Part shown: positions 38,591 through 50,049 of the stretch, one piece after another
How the letters are laid out: each line of letters begins with the position of its first letter
Numbering within the stretch: position 1 is the first letter of the stretch
Assembly (NCBI RefSeq): GCF_030684315.1
Contig: NC_081362.1
Coordinates: forward strand, 61,717,744 to 61,781,743
From: Stegostoma tigrinum
Lineage: Eukaryota
Direction of reading: 5' to 3'
Length of the DNA: 64,000 bases
Position numbers and translations under genes: made by a program
Notes under the pieces: model-generated
Seen by the model: only the letters and a program-made list of their open reading frames with translations
Told to the model about the DNA's origin: nothing
Databases searched by the model: none

Positions 38591-38761
38591 AGATAATAAA
38601 ATGTGAGGCTGGATGAACACAGCAGGCCAAGCAGCATCTCAGGAGCACAAAAGAAACGTCAGCTTTTGTGCTCCTGAGATGCTGCTGGGCCTGCTGTGTT
38701 CATCCAGCCTCACATTTTATTATCTTGGATTCTCCAGCATCTGCAGTTCCCATTAGCTCTG
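38591..38761. mobile_element. PLE 3'-end insertion forming a 63-bp hairpin
   Basis: Arms 38591-38653 and 38663-38725 (1 mismatch); TSD aggtgattac(g/a)gta at 38573-38586 and 38762-38775. Confidence 0.85.
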
Positions 38762-39434
38762 AGGTGATTACAGTAATTCACTCCAGAATGCTTGCCATTA
38801 CATACATCTTCCACTACAAGAAATTTCACAGCAAGTACTGTTGCATACCAAAAGTCAGCGCAAGGGTCAACTTGGAAAAAAGGGCATTTTTTAAAATCTT
38901 GTTATCTGTGAGAAAACCAAGGCGCATCAAATCAAGGGCGATCAGTTGCAATTAGCCACCACTCAACACTGCTTCACTTGTTTTGCTACGAACCAGTTAA
39001 GGTTTTTAGACTCAGATGACAAAGCGAGAGGCTGCACATTGAATTGTGCTGCCGTTTTCAAATAAATTAAAGTGTGAAGTATAAGTCAGGGGTTAACGTA
39101 AATGCAAATTAGAGTTAACGCACTCCAGACATTTATATTAAACATCTGATGTGATAATAGCAAGCATGGGTTTAATACAGACTTTCAAATTGACTGTACA
39201 AAGTGCGACATGGAAGGGAGGAAAAAAAAGCAAAAAACAACCAATCCACTGCGGACACAGGATATGCTTACAACTCAATTTTGTGCAATTGGAAACTAAA
39301 GTTGGTGCTGAAATCCGTACTGCCCTGTAATCAACAGTTGCTGATAATGGGACATTTCTCCCTTGCACAACAGCAGGAAGTTCGGTCGAACAAGGTGAAC
39401 GGCACAGTCCGGGCCTGTCCTTGCACAAACCCAC

Positions 39435-39557
39435 CTTCTCCACAATGCCCAGGTCTCCTCCGCTCATCACCTGCTGAACTATGGTCTGCGCCTTCTCCGC
39501 AATGGAAAAGGTCGACGCCATAAGCCGCATCAAAAAAGCCGGACTCGCAGACGACAT
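39435..39557 (-). CDS. BPNT1: BPNT1 coding exon 1 (start codon)
   Basis: 123 nt from ATG at 39557 encoding MSSASPAFLMRLMASTFSIAEKAQTIVQQVMSGGDLGIVEK, donor gtgggt. All eight exons join to 930 nt. Confidence 0.95.
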
Positions 39558-39639
39558 GCTTCGCAACAGAGCAACGAAAAAAATAATTGCACAAGATGGG
39601 AGGGGCTAAAGGAAGAAGAAGGCAACGACTGAGCATAGA

Positions 39640-39730
39640 GTGCAGACGCCTGCCACTCCAAAGCGGCGCGCATGCCCTTAGATAACCAGCAACCATTCAT
39701 TGGAGCCCGAACCAAAACGGAAGCCACCTC
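39640..39730 (-). promoter_or_regulatory. Probable BPNT1 proximal promoter
   Basis: NRF1-like GCGCGCATGC at 39666-39675, CCAAT on the - strand at 39699-39703 and ETS CGGAAG at 39718-39723, all 100-170 nt upstream of the ATG. Confidence 0.6.
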
Positions 39731-42269
39731 TTCTCACTGTTTGCAAAATGCAACTGGGGGGCTGATCGAAACTCGAGAAATTGTTTTGCGTTAACGTTAC
39801 CAGAACATTGTGTCCTTTTTCTTGCTCTTGTCTATAATTATTGCCCATTATAACTAAGATAATTTACAAATAGCGTACAGTGGGGTGATCTGCTGTTGTA
39901 GCAAGTTTTTTCAGAACGCAAAAGTGGATTGGTTCATACATTAAAAAAAAACAAACAAGCACTTCACTTGCCCTGTCCTGAATCCAAATCAGTATGGAAT
40001 TTCTTGTTTTGTGAAATTGTGCAGCCTTCCTGGTAAATCCCTGATTTTAAAAGCAGTTATTTTCCCTTGCTGTCCAGTTTTCAAAGATATAAAAATAAAT
40101 TGACGCCGTTCTTACAAGACAAAAACAGCGGTGTTATGTGGTCCAAGAAGCATAGTGTTTAATATTTGAGGTATGCTACAAGCAACTGTCCCACAAACAG
40201 GGCACCAAATACGAGGAAACTTATACATATTGCGTAATCAAGAATTCTCACTTTTCAGTGGGAAGGAATGTCTTATCTTAGTCTTATTTAAAAGGTGGAA
40301 GAGGTTAAAGAGCACAAGCCAAGGATCTCCTTTGAACAGTAATATCCTAAATTAAAGAGTTCCACAAGCTGGGTACTGAATGCAGCATCATGTTGAACAA
40401 ATATGCCAAACACCCTGGACGATCCCACATTCCTTTTTGTGAAGCAAATTGACAAGTATCTTACAGGAACCTGGGATTTCTCAATATCAGTTGGTATGGT
40501 GTTGAGGGTTGGCCACACCAGAGTTTGGCTATGGAAGCATATTTTGTGCACGGACTGTATTTTATAATTGGGGATGGATGATATAATGATGAATGGCTGG
40601 TCATTCCATTTTCATTTCAGGAAGGTGTCTTAGGGAAGCTGCAACAGGCATACTTGAGAATCACCAAATGCAGAGTTAGAAATGATCAATGGTGCAATTT
40701 ATTTGGATCTCCAAGAATTTTGAAAATCTCGTGGTTAGTTGTGAGACCTCTACCATTCACTGACCAGAGTGATGCAAAGTGTTAATACCCAACACATTCC
40801 CCACCAGACTGTGGGAATGTGGGCACAGATCTACCTATTTTCAATGTAGGATTGAATGGCATTTTCATTGATTATTTCTCCTAATGGACAGAGGTTAAAA
40901 AATTGCATACTACAACAATTGATGCAGTTTCTGGGTCTTACATCAGATATTTGCAATGCGTAATATTCCTGATGGTGTAATTTTGGACAGTGGGACAAAT
41001 GCTGCCTTGACCATACTTGAATTGTTGCCACAGGAGTTCATTAGATCTGAAGCAAATACTAAGGACAAACAGGACAACTTTTTTTTTTGTATAGTATCGC
41101 ACCAACAACTCTGCTGGTCTGTCCAAGAATAGGACATATCCCAGGGATAGGGATGGTGCTGTCTGTAGTATGGCCTCACAGATATGATTCCATGAGAATT
41201 ACTATATTAAGCTGGTGAGACAGCTCTCCCAAATTTGACAAGTCCCACATGTTAGCAAGAAGGACTCTAGACCAATGACAGGCCTGCATGTGCCATTGTG
41301 ATTTCTGGTACTTCTATTCATGCTAGGTGACCTGTGTGGCTGCATTCCTTTCTGAGAGCTTATAGGATTAAATAAATCTGAGCGCTCACTAGGCCAATTC
41401 AGTTGGCATTTAGGAGTCATCCGCATTTCTGATGCCTGGAATATTTAGTTCCAGGTCACATGAATTCACATTTTAGCATTAGTTACTAGATCAGGCCTAT
41501 TTATCTCTACTTCTGTGACTTGTTTCCCCTATCATTTCACTAAGCATCCCAGCATTTGATGTGTTAGTGTTTATCTTAAAGGAACTGAAATATGGAGAGA
41601 AGTTGAGTTTCAATTGGATGTAGCATTGGTTAGAATCCATGTGTAGTACCAAATTCCTTTTATTCATTGTACTTTAAAGGGCATATTTGCTTTGCAGGAT
41701 ATACTTTTAGATTCCCCAGAATTATAGCAGGATTTAGAGTTCAATAAGAGGACACATTGCACAAACATCTCTTGTGTGATTTGGACAGCGAGGGATTATT
41801 TAAGGAAGTCTTTTTCTAAATGTGAAGAAAATCATCAAGGTACATGCAGGTAAATCATTTTGTCTGGTGGCTAAATCAAGAACAGGAGTTAACAATCTTA
41901 AATTAGGCCTAGATCATTTAGAAATGAATTTCAGAAGTATTCACACAAGAACGTTGTGGAAGCTGGGTCAATTTGAAGTCTAAGATCAACAGATTTTTTT
42001 TATAAGGGCAAAAGGGGAGGCAGTCAATGTGGTATTAAGAACCAGGTATGATCTAACGTAATGGTAGAACATACTTGAGAAGCTGAGTAATCTATTTTTA
42101 CTTTGTTTACTATTTTTACTGAGCCACCAGGAAAATCTTTATGACCCATCAAATAGAAAGTATTTCATTAAAATCACTTTTCTGTATCTGGTATTGTTGC
42201 TAATTAATCAAGTAGGGTTGACTTGAAAAATCCACGAAATTTGAGAAGATTTATCACTTTGACCAAGTA

Positions 42270-42715
42270 AAAGATTTACAAGAATGTTGCCATGGTTGGA
42301 GGCTGGAGCTATTTTTCCTGGAGCATCAAAGGCTGAGGCATGACCTTACAGAGGTTTATAAAACCTTGTGGAGCACGAATAGGATAAACAGACAAGGTCT
42401 TTTGTCTTGGGTGGGGGAGTCCAAAACTAGAGGACATAGGTTTAAGGTGAGAGGGGAAAGATTTAAAAGGGACCCAAGGGGCAACTTTTTCACACAGAGA
42501 GTGGTGTGTGTATGGAATGTGCTGCCAGAGGAAGTGGTGGAACATGGTACAATTAAACATTTAAAAGTCATCTGGATGGGTTTATGAATGGGAAAGGGAG
42601 AGAGGGATATGGGCCAAATGCTCCATATGGGACTACATTTATCTAGAATATCTGGTCGGCACAGATGAGTTGGATGGAAGGGCCTGTTTACATGACGTAT
42701 ATCCATGACTGTCTG
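42270..42715 (+). mobile_element. CR1-type LINE 3' end
   Basis: ESKTRGHRFKVRGERFKRDPRGNFFTQRVVCVWNVLP. Confidence 0.85.
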
Positions 42716-43179
42716 GATGTTACTTTCTGAGAGAAATATCAAGGAAATCATTCGTAATGTACATGAATTAGATTAAAAAATAACAGAGAAAAAGAAAAGT
42801 TGTTTGAAAGACAATTGTAATATTTAATTCAGTCATGAAGAGTTTGTTCATTTTCCATGGAAAGAGAATGCTAGGGGAACGTAGCAATTGGAGCCAACCA
42901 GACAATAGTGTGTAATCTGTATTCCTGGTAATAGACATGCCTTGAAGAAACAAAAACAGAAATTGCTGGACAAGCTCAGTACATCTGGCAGCATCTGTGG
43001 AGAGAAATTTGAGTCAATATTTCAGGTTGAGTGACCCTTCCTTAGAACTGATGGTGGCTAGGAAAATGTTGGTTTAAGTGCAGAAGATAGGGTGAGGGGT
43101 AAGGAGTAAATGATCGGTGGGGATAGAGAACAATTGAGCTGACAAAGGAATTGAAAATGGCCTGGCTATTTTTTTTCCC

Positions 43180-43490
43180 CATAGAATCCCTACAGTGTGG
43201 AAACAGGCCCTCCAGCCCAAGCTGAACCGCAAAGCATCCCACTGAGACCGACCCTGCTATAACCCACTTAATCTATGCATCCCTGAACACTATTTAGTGT
43301 GGCCAATCTGTCTAACTTGCACATCTTTAGACTGTGGGAGAAAACTGGAGCACCTGGAGGAAACCCATGCAGACACAGGGAGAATGTGCAACTCCAGACA
43401 GACAGTTGCCTAAGGGTAGAATTGAACCCAGGTCCCAGATACTGTGAGGCAACAGTGCTAACTATTGAGCGACCGAGCCACCATGCTGAC
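43180..43490 (-). mobile_element. HE1-type V-SINE nested in an older PLE relic (about 42950-44020)
   Basis: Reverse-complement match to HE1 copies; flanks resemble PLE termini and decayed GIY-YIG sequence. Confidence 0.75.
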
Positions 43491-44229
43491 CTCTGCCTAG
43501 GAGGGTGAATAGCTATTATTGGGGACTGTTAATGGCTAATAATCAGTTGTGTGCAATAGTATACTATGTGATAATAAGGCCTGGTGTGCAGAGTTTAGGG
43601 TAAGGACATGGGGCAGTTCAAGCCCAAAAGTTATTGAACTTGATATTGAGTCCAGAAGGCAGCTGGGTCCCCAAGTGAAAAATTAGGTATTGTTCTTCCA
43701 GCTTGCAGTGAGCTTCACTGGAACACTGCAGCAAGCCTGAGACAGATGTTGACCGGGGAACAAGACAGAATGTAGGCGCTCTACAAAATGGTCACTCAGT
43801 CTAAGCTGCGTTTCCCTCATGTAGAGGGGACCACGTTGTGAGCAGTGAATGCAGCAGACAGGATTCAGTAGAGTGCAGGTGAAGTGTTGCTTCAGCTGGT
43901 AGGTGTGTTTAGGTCCTTGAATACTGAGGAGGGAGGAAGTAACTGGACAGGTGTTACACCTTCTACAATTTCTGTTTTCTGTTCCTGATTTACAGCATCT
44001 GCAGTTCTTTGGGTTTTTACACTTTGAATGAGCCTGAGATAAACTTAATTAAAATCACTGCACTGGTTCGAGAAAGTTTCTGACATTCTGCCTCTGTAGA
44101 CTGGACATTTTTGGTTTAAAGTTCCATGTGTTGAGACACGGTTAAAAATAAAGTCACATATTTTTCTGTTGGTTTACAGTTGAAAGCTTTTTCTTGTTAT
44201 GTCCTGAACTGATAGCTGTTGGATACTCA

Positions 44230-44376
44230 GCTGAGCAATAGAGGGGGCTGCTAAGCGCCCTGGGAAGGGAGAAAGGCTGCGGTTTTTAGGACGCGCGTTC
44301 TGGGCCTCGGCGGCCGCCGTTACCGGTGCTGTGGGAGCCGCTGGGTCTTGAGGCCCGCCAGCTGTACCCTCCTGCC
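44230..44376 (+). promoter_or_regulatory. CpG-rich IARS2 promoter / 5' leader
   Basis: Abrupt rise in GC and CpG immediately upstream of IARS2 exon 1. Confidence 0.6.
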
Positions 44377-44589
44377 ATGATCGTGGTGTTCCGAGTCCGC
44401 CGTGGCTCCTCGCTGCCCGGGAAACTGCGGGATGCCGCCGCCCAGTACTGGCGGTCGGTCGCCCGCGAGAACTCGAGCACTGGCACGGGGAAGAACAAAT
44501 ACCGGGAGACGGTGCTGCTGCCCCGCACCGACTTCCCCATGAGACCGAGCGGCCAGGAGCTGTTGGAAAAAGAGCTGCAGATCCAGAGG
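44377..44589 (+). CDS. IARS2: Mitochondrial isoleucyl-tRNA synthetase, exon 1
   Basis: gccATG start, Arg-rich presequence, then KYRETVLLPRTDFPM (IleRS N-terminal motif); 213 nt, donor gtacgg. The start could extend to GTG 44326 (see findings). Confidence 0.9.
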
Positions 44590-44619
44590 GTACGGGGGGG
44601 GGTGTGCGCAGGGCAGTCA

Positions 44620-45450
44620 GAGGGACAGTGTCCAGGACAGGGCCAGTCATTGGGGGAGCGGGGGTCAGGGGGACAAGTGTCCAGGACAGGGTCAGTCATT
44701 GGGGGAGCGGGGGTCAGGGGGTCAAGTGTCCAGGACAGGGTCGGTCACTGGGGGAGCGGGGGTCAGGGGGTCAAGTGTCCAGGACAGGGTCGGTCACTGG
44801 GGGAGCGGGGGTCAGGGGGTCAAGTGTCCAGGACAGGGTCGGTCATTGGGGGAGCGGGGGTCAGGGGGTCAAGTGTCCAGGACAGGGTCGGTCATCGGGG
44901 GAGTGGGGGTCAGGGGGTCAAGTGTCCAGGACAGGGTCGGTCATCGGGGGAGCGGGGGTCAGGGGGACATTGTCCAGGACGGGGATCAGTCGTTGGGGGA
45001 GCGGGGTTCAGGGGGACATTGTCCTGGACGGGGGTCAGTCGTTGGGAGAGCGGGGGTCAGAGGGATAGTGTCCAGGACGGGGGTCAGTCGTTGGGAGAGC
45101 GGGGTTCAGGGGGACAGTGTCCAGGACGGGGTGTCAGTCGTTGGGGGAGCGGGGGTCAGGGGGACAGTGTCCAGGATGGGGGAGAGTCATCGGGGAGGGA
45201 GGTTCAGAGGTCAGTGTCCAGGACAGGGTCAGTCATTGAGGGGGGTGGGGTTCACGGGTCAGTGTCCAGGACTGGGTCAGTCATTTGTAGGGTGTGGTAT
45301 CAGGGGGACAGTGTCCAGGACTGGGTCAGTCATTTATAGGGGGTGGTGTCAGGGGGACAGTGTCCAGGATAGGGTCAGTCGGGGGTCAGGGGAACAGTGT
45401 CTAAGGCAGGGCCAGTCGGGGGGAGGGGCCTGTGCCCAGGACAGGGTCAG
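44620..45450 (+). repeat. G-rich 49-bp minisatellite, about 17 copies
   Basis: Unit gtgtccaggacagggtcggtcattgggggagcgggggtcagggggtcaa starts at 44628, 44677, 44726, 44775, 44824, 44873 and 44922, then decays. Confidence 0.95.
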
Positions 45451-46898
45451 CCAGGGGTTGGGCTGGCAGCAAGGGTTTCACACTGCAGAGAGCAGTGAGC
45501 CTCGACCATGCTGTCGCCTTGGTCACAGGTGTCATGATGAAAGGCAGATGGATGTGCCACTGATCTATCCACTGTGAGCTGGTTGTAAACCTGATTCTTA
45601 TCCAAGTTCTTCTCCCTCCCAGCAGTTGAGGCAGAAATGAGGAGGTGGTTCTTTGCTCAGTGGGAATGAGTCTGTGGAATTTTTTGGTGTGGGCGGGGGG
45701 CGTCAAAGCTGTATACTTTAGTACATTCAGGAATGAGAGATTTTTTAATCAGTAAGGGACTGGGAATTACGGGAAAATTCAGGAAAGTGGAGTTGAGCGA
45801 TTATCATGACCTCATTGCATGGTAGAGCAAATTTGATGGGCTGAATAGTCAACTTTTGGCCCTATTTCTGATGGCTTTATTTTGTTTGTCAGTTTGGTTT
45901 CATTGGTAACTGAGATGGTACTCCAAAGTCTCACTGGTTTTTGAAGCAACAATCCACTGCATCAGGGCAGTGCCCTTGTATCACACATCTCCCTGGTGTC
46001 CCCCTTCAGAGCTAGGATCATTAGCAGCATCGAACTGTCATCATTTCATTCTCTTAGAGGGCTGTCATTCCTAGCTATGCCGGACTCTGAACTTATTTTT
46101 GCCCATCAGTTGAGGTGAAGTACCAGATCATGCCTACTGCTGGTATGTGTTGCCTGTAGCTCGAATCAGTGAGAGCTGTGGACACTATCACAGAATTGAC
46201 ACAACATCAAAGGAGGCTATTTGGCCGGGAACGTTTGCACTGACATCTGGTGCCATTCTTCTTCCTTCTCCCTGTAACAATACATGTTCTTTTTTCAGAT
46301 AACAGTCCAATTCCCTTGTGAATCCTCCCATTGAGCATTTGGGTGTTGATTTGGCAGTGCATTCCATACCATAACCAGTGTGAAAAAGTTTTTTTCAATT
46401 TCGATTATTAATATGGTTATAGGAACTGTATTCGAAATACAAAGTTAGAACTGAGTAACAGAGTGTCCCTGATTTATAAACTGACTTACAAATATGATCT
46501 CACACAGGGGTGTAATTTTCATGACCTGATGTGAACACTTCCTGTACTTTACGAATGGCTCTTTTATATTGTCCTGCATTGTGCACTGACTTGCACACAA
46601 ATTGACTTGGGAACAGACTTCAGAACGGAACCCTTTCGCATCCGGGGGAACTGCCCGTAGGCCGACAGTTGCAACATGCCTTTTGAATCACTTCTCATAA
46701 TGAATACACTTGATTTATTCCTATGTGCCATTCAATGAAGAATTGACTGTGCAAGGTGATGAAGTAATGGAGAATTCTTCATGTTTATCTTTCTTATGAA
46801 CACTTACTCGTTTGTTGCTGTTACTTTGAGTTTACCTGTGTAGTATGTTGATAAGAAATTGCAAGTCGTTGAAATCTTGACATTTGTTCTTTCCATAG

Positions 46899-47045
<147 letters not shown>

Positions 47046-47247
47046 TAAATATGCACATTTATTTTTGCAATTTCCCTCAAAGGAAATGTATATTAAACTA
47101 TTTTGTTTTCTGTAGGAGTATTGCAAATTATGATTTGATAATGTGTTAATGCCTGGTGTAATTTTTTAGATGGAAAATATGTATTTACGTAAGTGAAGTA
47201 ATGTTATTCCTTGACTTGTCATTATTTTCTAATTCCCCTACCTGCAG

Positions 47248-47407
47248 ATATTGAAGGATATCATTAATAGGTTTCAGGTGATGAGAGGCTCCAGAGTTCA
47301 CTTTATACCAGGCTGGGATTGTCATGGGTTGCCTATTGAACTTAGAGCCTTGGCAGAATGTGGTGAAGAAGCTAAAACATTTTCTCCAATGGAGATCAGA
47401 CAAAAAG
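47248..47407 (+). CDS. IARS2: IARS2 exon 3
   Basis: 160 nt, cctgcag|...|gtatgg. Encodes [31 protein letters not shown]...EIRQK. Confidence 0.97.
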
Positions 47408-48661
47408 GTATGGTTTTTTTTCACGATACCATTAACATCAGTGAATTCTAATACCTGAAGATGTTCTCTTCCCATTTACAAGCATTGCAAACAATTACAA
47501 TTGAACTTCTTTGAAAAAAATTGAAGTCATTAACTAAAATCAGCTTCAACTGTCTAGCTTTAGCAGTACTCAGTGTGATTTGTTTTCTTAATTGCAGATT
47601 GTGTCTGGGAAGTTATTTTATTCTTGCATGTTTCTAATTTATAGATTTTCACCCTTGACTCAACATTTGCTAAATGCAAAAGCCATTGTTATTTGTTATT
47701 TATGTGTGATAGCAAAAAAAAAATGGAGTGCTAAACTTGCCTATGCTCAGTTTTTTTTTCTTAGTTTTTGTTTTCCTCCTTATGCCTTTGAATCTTCAAT
47801 GATGTAATTCGACAGTTAAGACAGGTCATCTGGTATTTTCCCACTATGTAGAACTTGAACGTTATTGTTTGCCAGCTATTTCACTTGTGGAATCGGTACT
47901 AAGCCCCATGCTTTTTTTAATGTGCATGGAAGCCCTTTGAGCCTTGATTCCCTTAATAATGGTTGGAAACATCAAGTTCCCTTTTCTCTAGCCCTGAACT
48001 TGATTGTGATCTCAACCCTCCAATAAAGTTAGAGAACAACCAATTATTTCTCTATGACATAACGTAGTGTCAGTTGAGTGTTAAGGCTGTGATATTGTTG
48101 AGAAATTTTTGTCAGATCTGAAACCCTAACTTATGCCTTCAAAAGGGATTTATTCTTGAGGAAGCCCGTTTCAGTACTAATCTGTGATGGTGCTTACGAT
48201 AATAGTGTCCATGATAAAATTTAGGAATGGTGGTGGTGTGGAACTGACCAGACCCAAAGTGAAAATTAGAGTGAATGAAAACAGTTATACTGTGATTGCT
48301 CCTACCTTCCATTTTAAGTTACAAAAATTCTGACTTGAACTCAGGTGGACAGTTCAGGTTAGGCAATAAATGCTGGCTCAGCTGGCGAAACCCACAGAAG
48401 AAAAATTAATTGAGTATAAGAGTTTGGTGGTGGCTGTTTTTAAGACAGAATTAAACTCATTACTACAAAACGATACTAGCTCTTACAACTACAGTAAAAA
48501 GGCATCTGTACTTTCAATGTTTATGATAGAAAGAAGTGTTGCTTCCTGTCTCACCTACTCACAACTGAGGATAGAATTTTCCATACAGGAAAGTGCAGGA
48601 GAGTTAACAGACCCAAAATTCCTTGCGACTTAAAATGTTTTATGTCACTTTTGTCTTCTAG

Positions 48662-48810
48662 CCAGAGAATTTGCAGAAAGAGCGATTGAGTGTCAACGAG
48701 CAGCTTTCATTCGATGGGGTGTGATGGCCGATTGGGATAATTGTTATTATACGTTTGACAAAGAGTACGAGGCTAAACAGTTACAAGTTTTCCACAAAAT
48801 GTTTGATGAG
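48662..48810 (+). CDS. IARS2: IARS2 exon 4
   Basis: 149 nt, cttctag|...|gtattt. Encodes (A)[49 protein letters not shown]. Confidence 0.97.
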
Positions 48811-48888
48811 GTATTTTATCGTTCTTGTCTGTTTCATGTGTTGTCCAAATCTTGAAAATGTGTTAATTTTACCTCTCTTTGCCTTAAG

Positions 48889-48938
48889 GGGTATATTTAT
48901 CAAGACTACAAACCTGTATTTTGGTCTCCTTCTACGAG
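48889..48938 (+). CDS. IARS2: IARS2 exon 5
   Basis: 50 nt, ccttaag|...|gtttgt. Encodes GYIYQDYKPVFWSPST-R; flanked by 78- and 91-nt introns. Confidence 0.95.
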
Positions 48939-49029
48939 GTTTGTCACTTTTTTTTGTAGATAACTTTGCATGTTAAGTTTTTTTTAGCAGAGTAAAGCGT
49001 TTGACAAATTTTTTCCTCTATCTTTGCAG

Positions 49030-49139
49030 GACAGCCTTGGCTGAAGCTGAACTTGAATACAATCAGCAGCATGTTAGTCGGTCGACATATGTCAAGTTTC
49101 CTCTCATAAAAGTCCCCCCCAAATTAGCGTCAGCATCAG
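49030..49139 (+). CDS. IARS2: IARS2 exon 6
   Basis: 110 nt, tttgcag|...|gtagag. Encodes [36 protein letters not shown]. Confidence 0.96.
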
Positions 49140-50049
49140 GTAGAGTGTTTTTCACAAATTTAGGATTGTTCACTTTAGAAGTTTTGGCTCAGGCTCAGCC
49201 TGTTGGTGCAGCTCATTGAAGCACCAGTGTATAAAATCTACGGGAAACTGAAGGTAGAATGGAGAGTGGTTGATTAGCTGCTTTTGTACGCCTTGCCTTT
49301 TATATAAAGAAAAATTTATAGATAGGCAAAATGATAACCATTTTTAATGCTATGAATGAATAGCCTGAAAACAGCTATTTATGTAAGTTCACATTTGAAC
49401 AACAAGTTGACAGCTGCTTTCAGCCCTTCAGTAACTATCAGAGATACCTTGACGAACTGTACATCCCACCGCTTAATTTAATATTTGTATTAATGGCTGT
49501 AATCACTAGTTAATCTGGTTTTGTTACCTGGAGGGATGCTGAAATTCTGCTTTGTGTTCGTTGTCTTGGAAGACAATTTTCAGCCAGCATTCCTCTCATG
49601 CTGCCTCTTTGTCAAGCCCTGCTGAAAAGCGTGTTACGTGTAGTAAATATAATCAAATCAAGCTTGACTGCAATGAGTTTGCACAGAGTGAACATAATGC
49701 TGATGCTGTTTCTTAGACTTGAAGTGTCACCTGTTGAGGAAGCTTCATAATAGTTGTCCGCAGTTAAAATATACTTTCTTCTGTTTCCAAATTGTACCAC
49801 ACTAAGGTGACTGACTGTGTGAGGAAAACTGACTATCTGCCCAGTTGTTGTGGCCCATGGAGGTGGAAAGAGGTTCTAAGGGAATGTGAGTAGTTAACTC
49901 AGGGAGGAGGTGTGAAGGGCCCAGTGGATATGTTCAGTTGCATGGAAAATAAGAAAATAAAGGGTAAAGACAAAAGTCAAATTGCAGGTTAGTGATTGGG
50001 CTGATTGTTACCAGAAAATAGAAAGAAGGGATGGAATATATGATGGTCA

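Noticed and set aside
39558-39566. TTG-initiated extension (MRS) of BPNT1 in the ORF track
   Set aside because: ATG 39557 already gives a 309-aa protein aligned with vertebrate BPNT1.
44620-45450. CRISPR-like periodicity
   Set aside because: Contiguous tandem units without unique spacers, in a vertebrate intron.
44326-45577. Long Gly/Arg/Ser-rich ORFs (337, 154 and 292 aa)
   Set aside because: Read-through of IARS2 exon 1 into the stop-poor minisatellite; only the part up to the donor at 44589 is coding.
46420-46660. Possible Tigger/pogo-like DNA transposon relic ending in ggggaactgcccgta
   Set aside because: Only one plausible terminus was seen; no matching inverted end or TSD.
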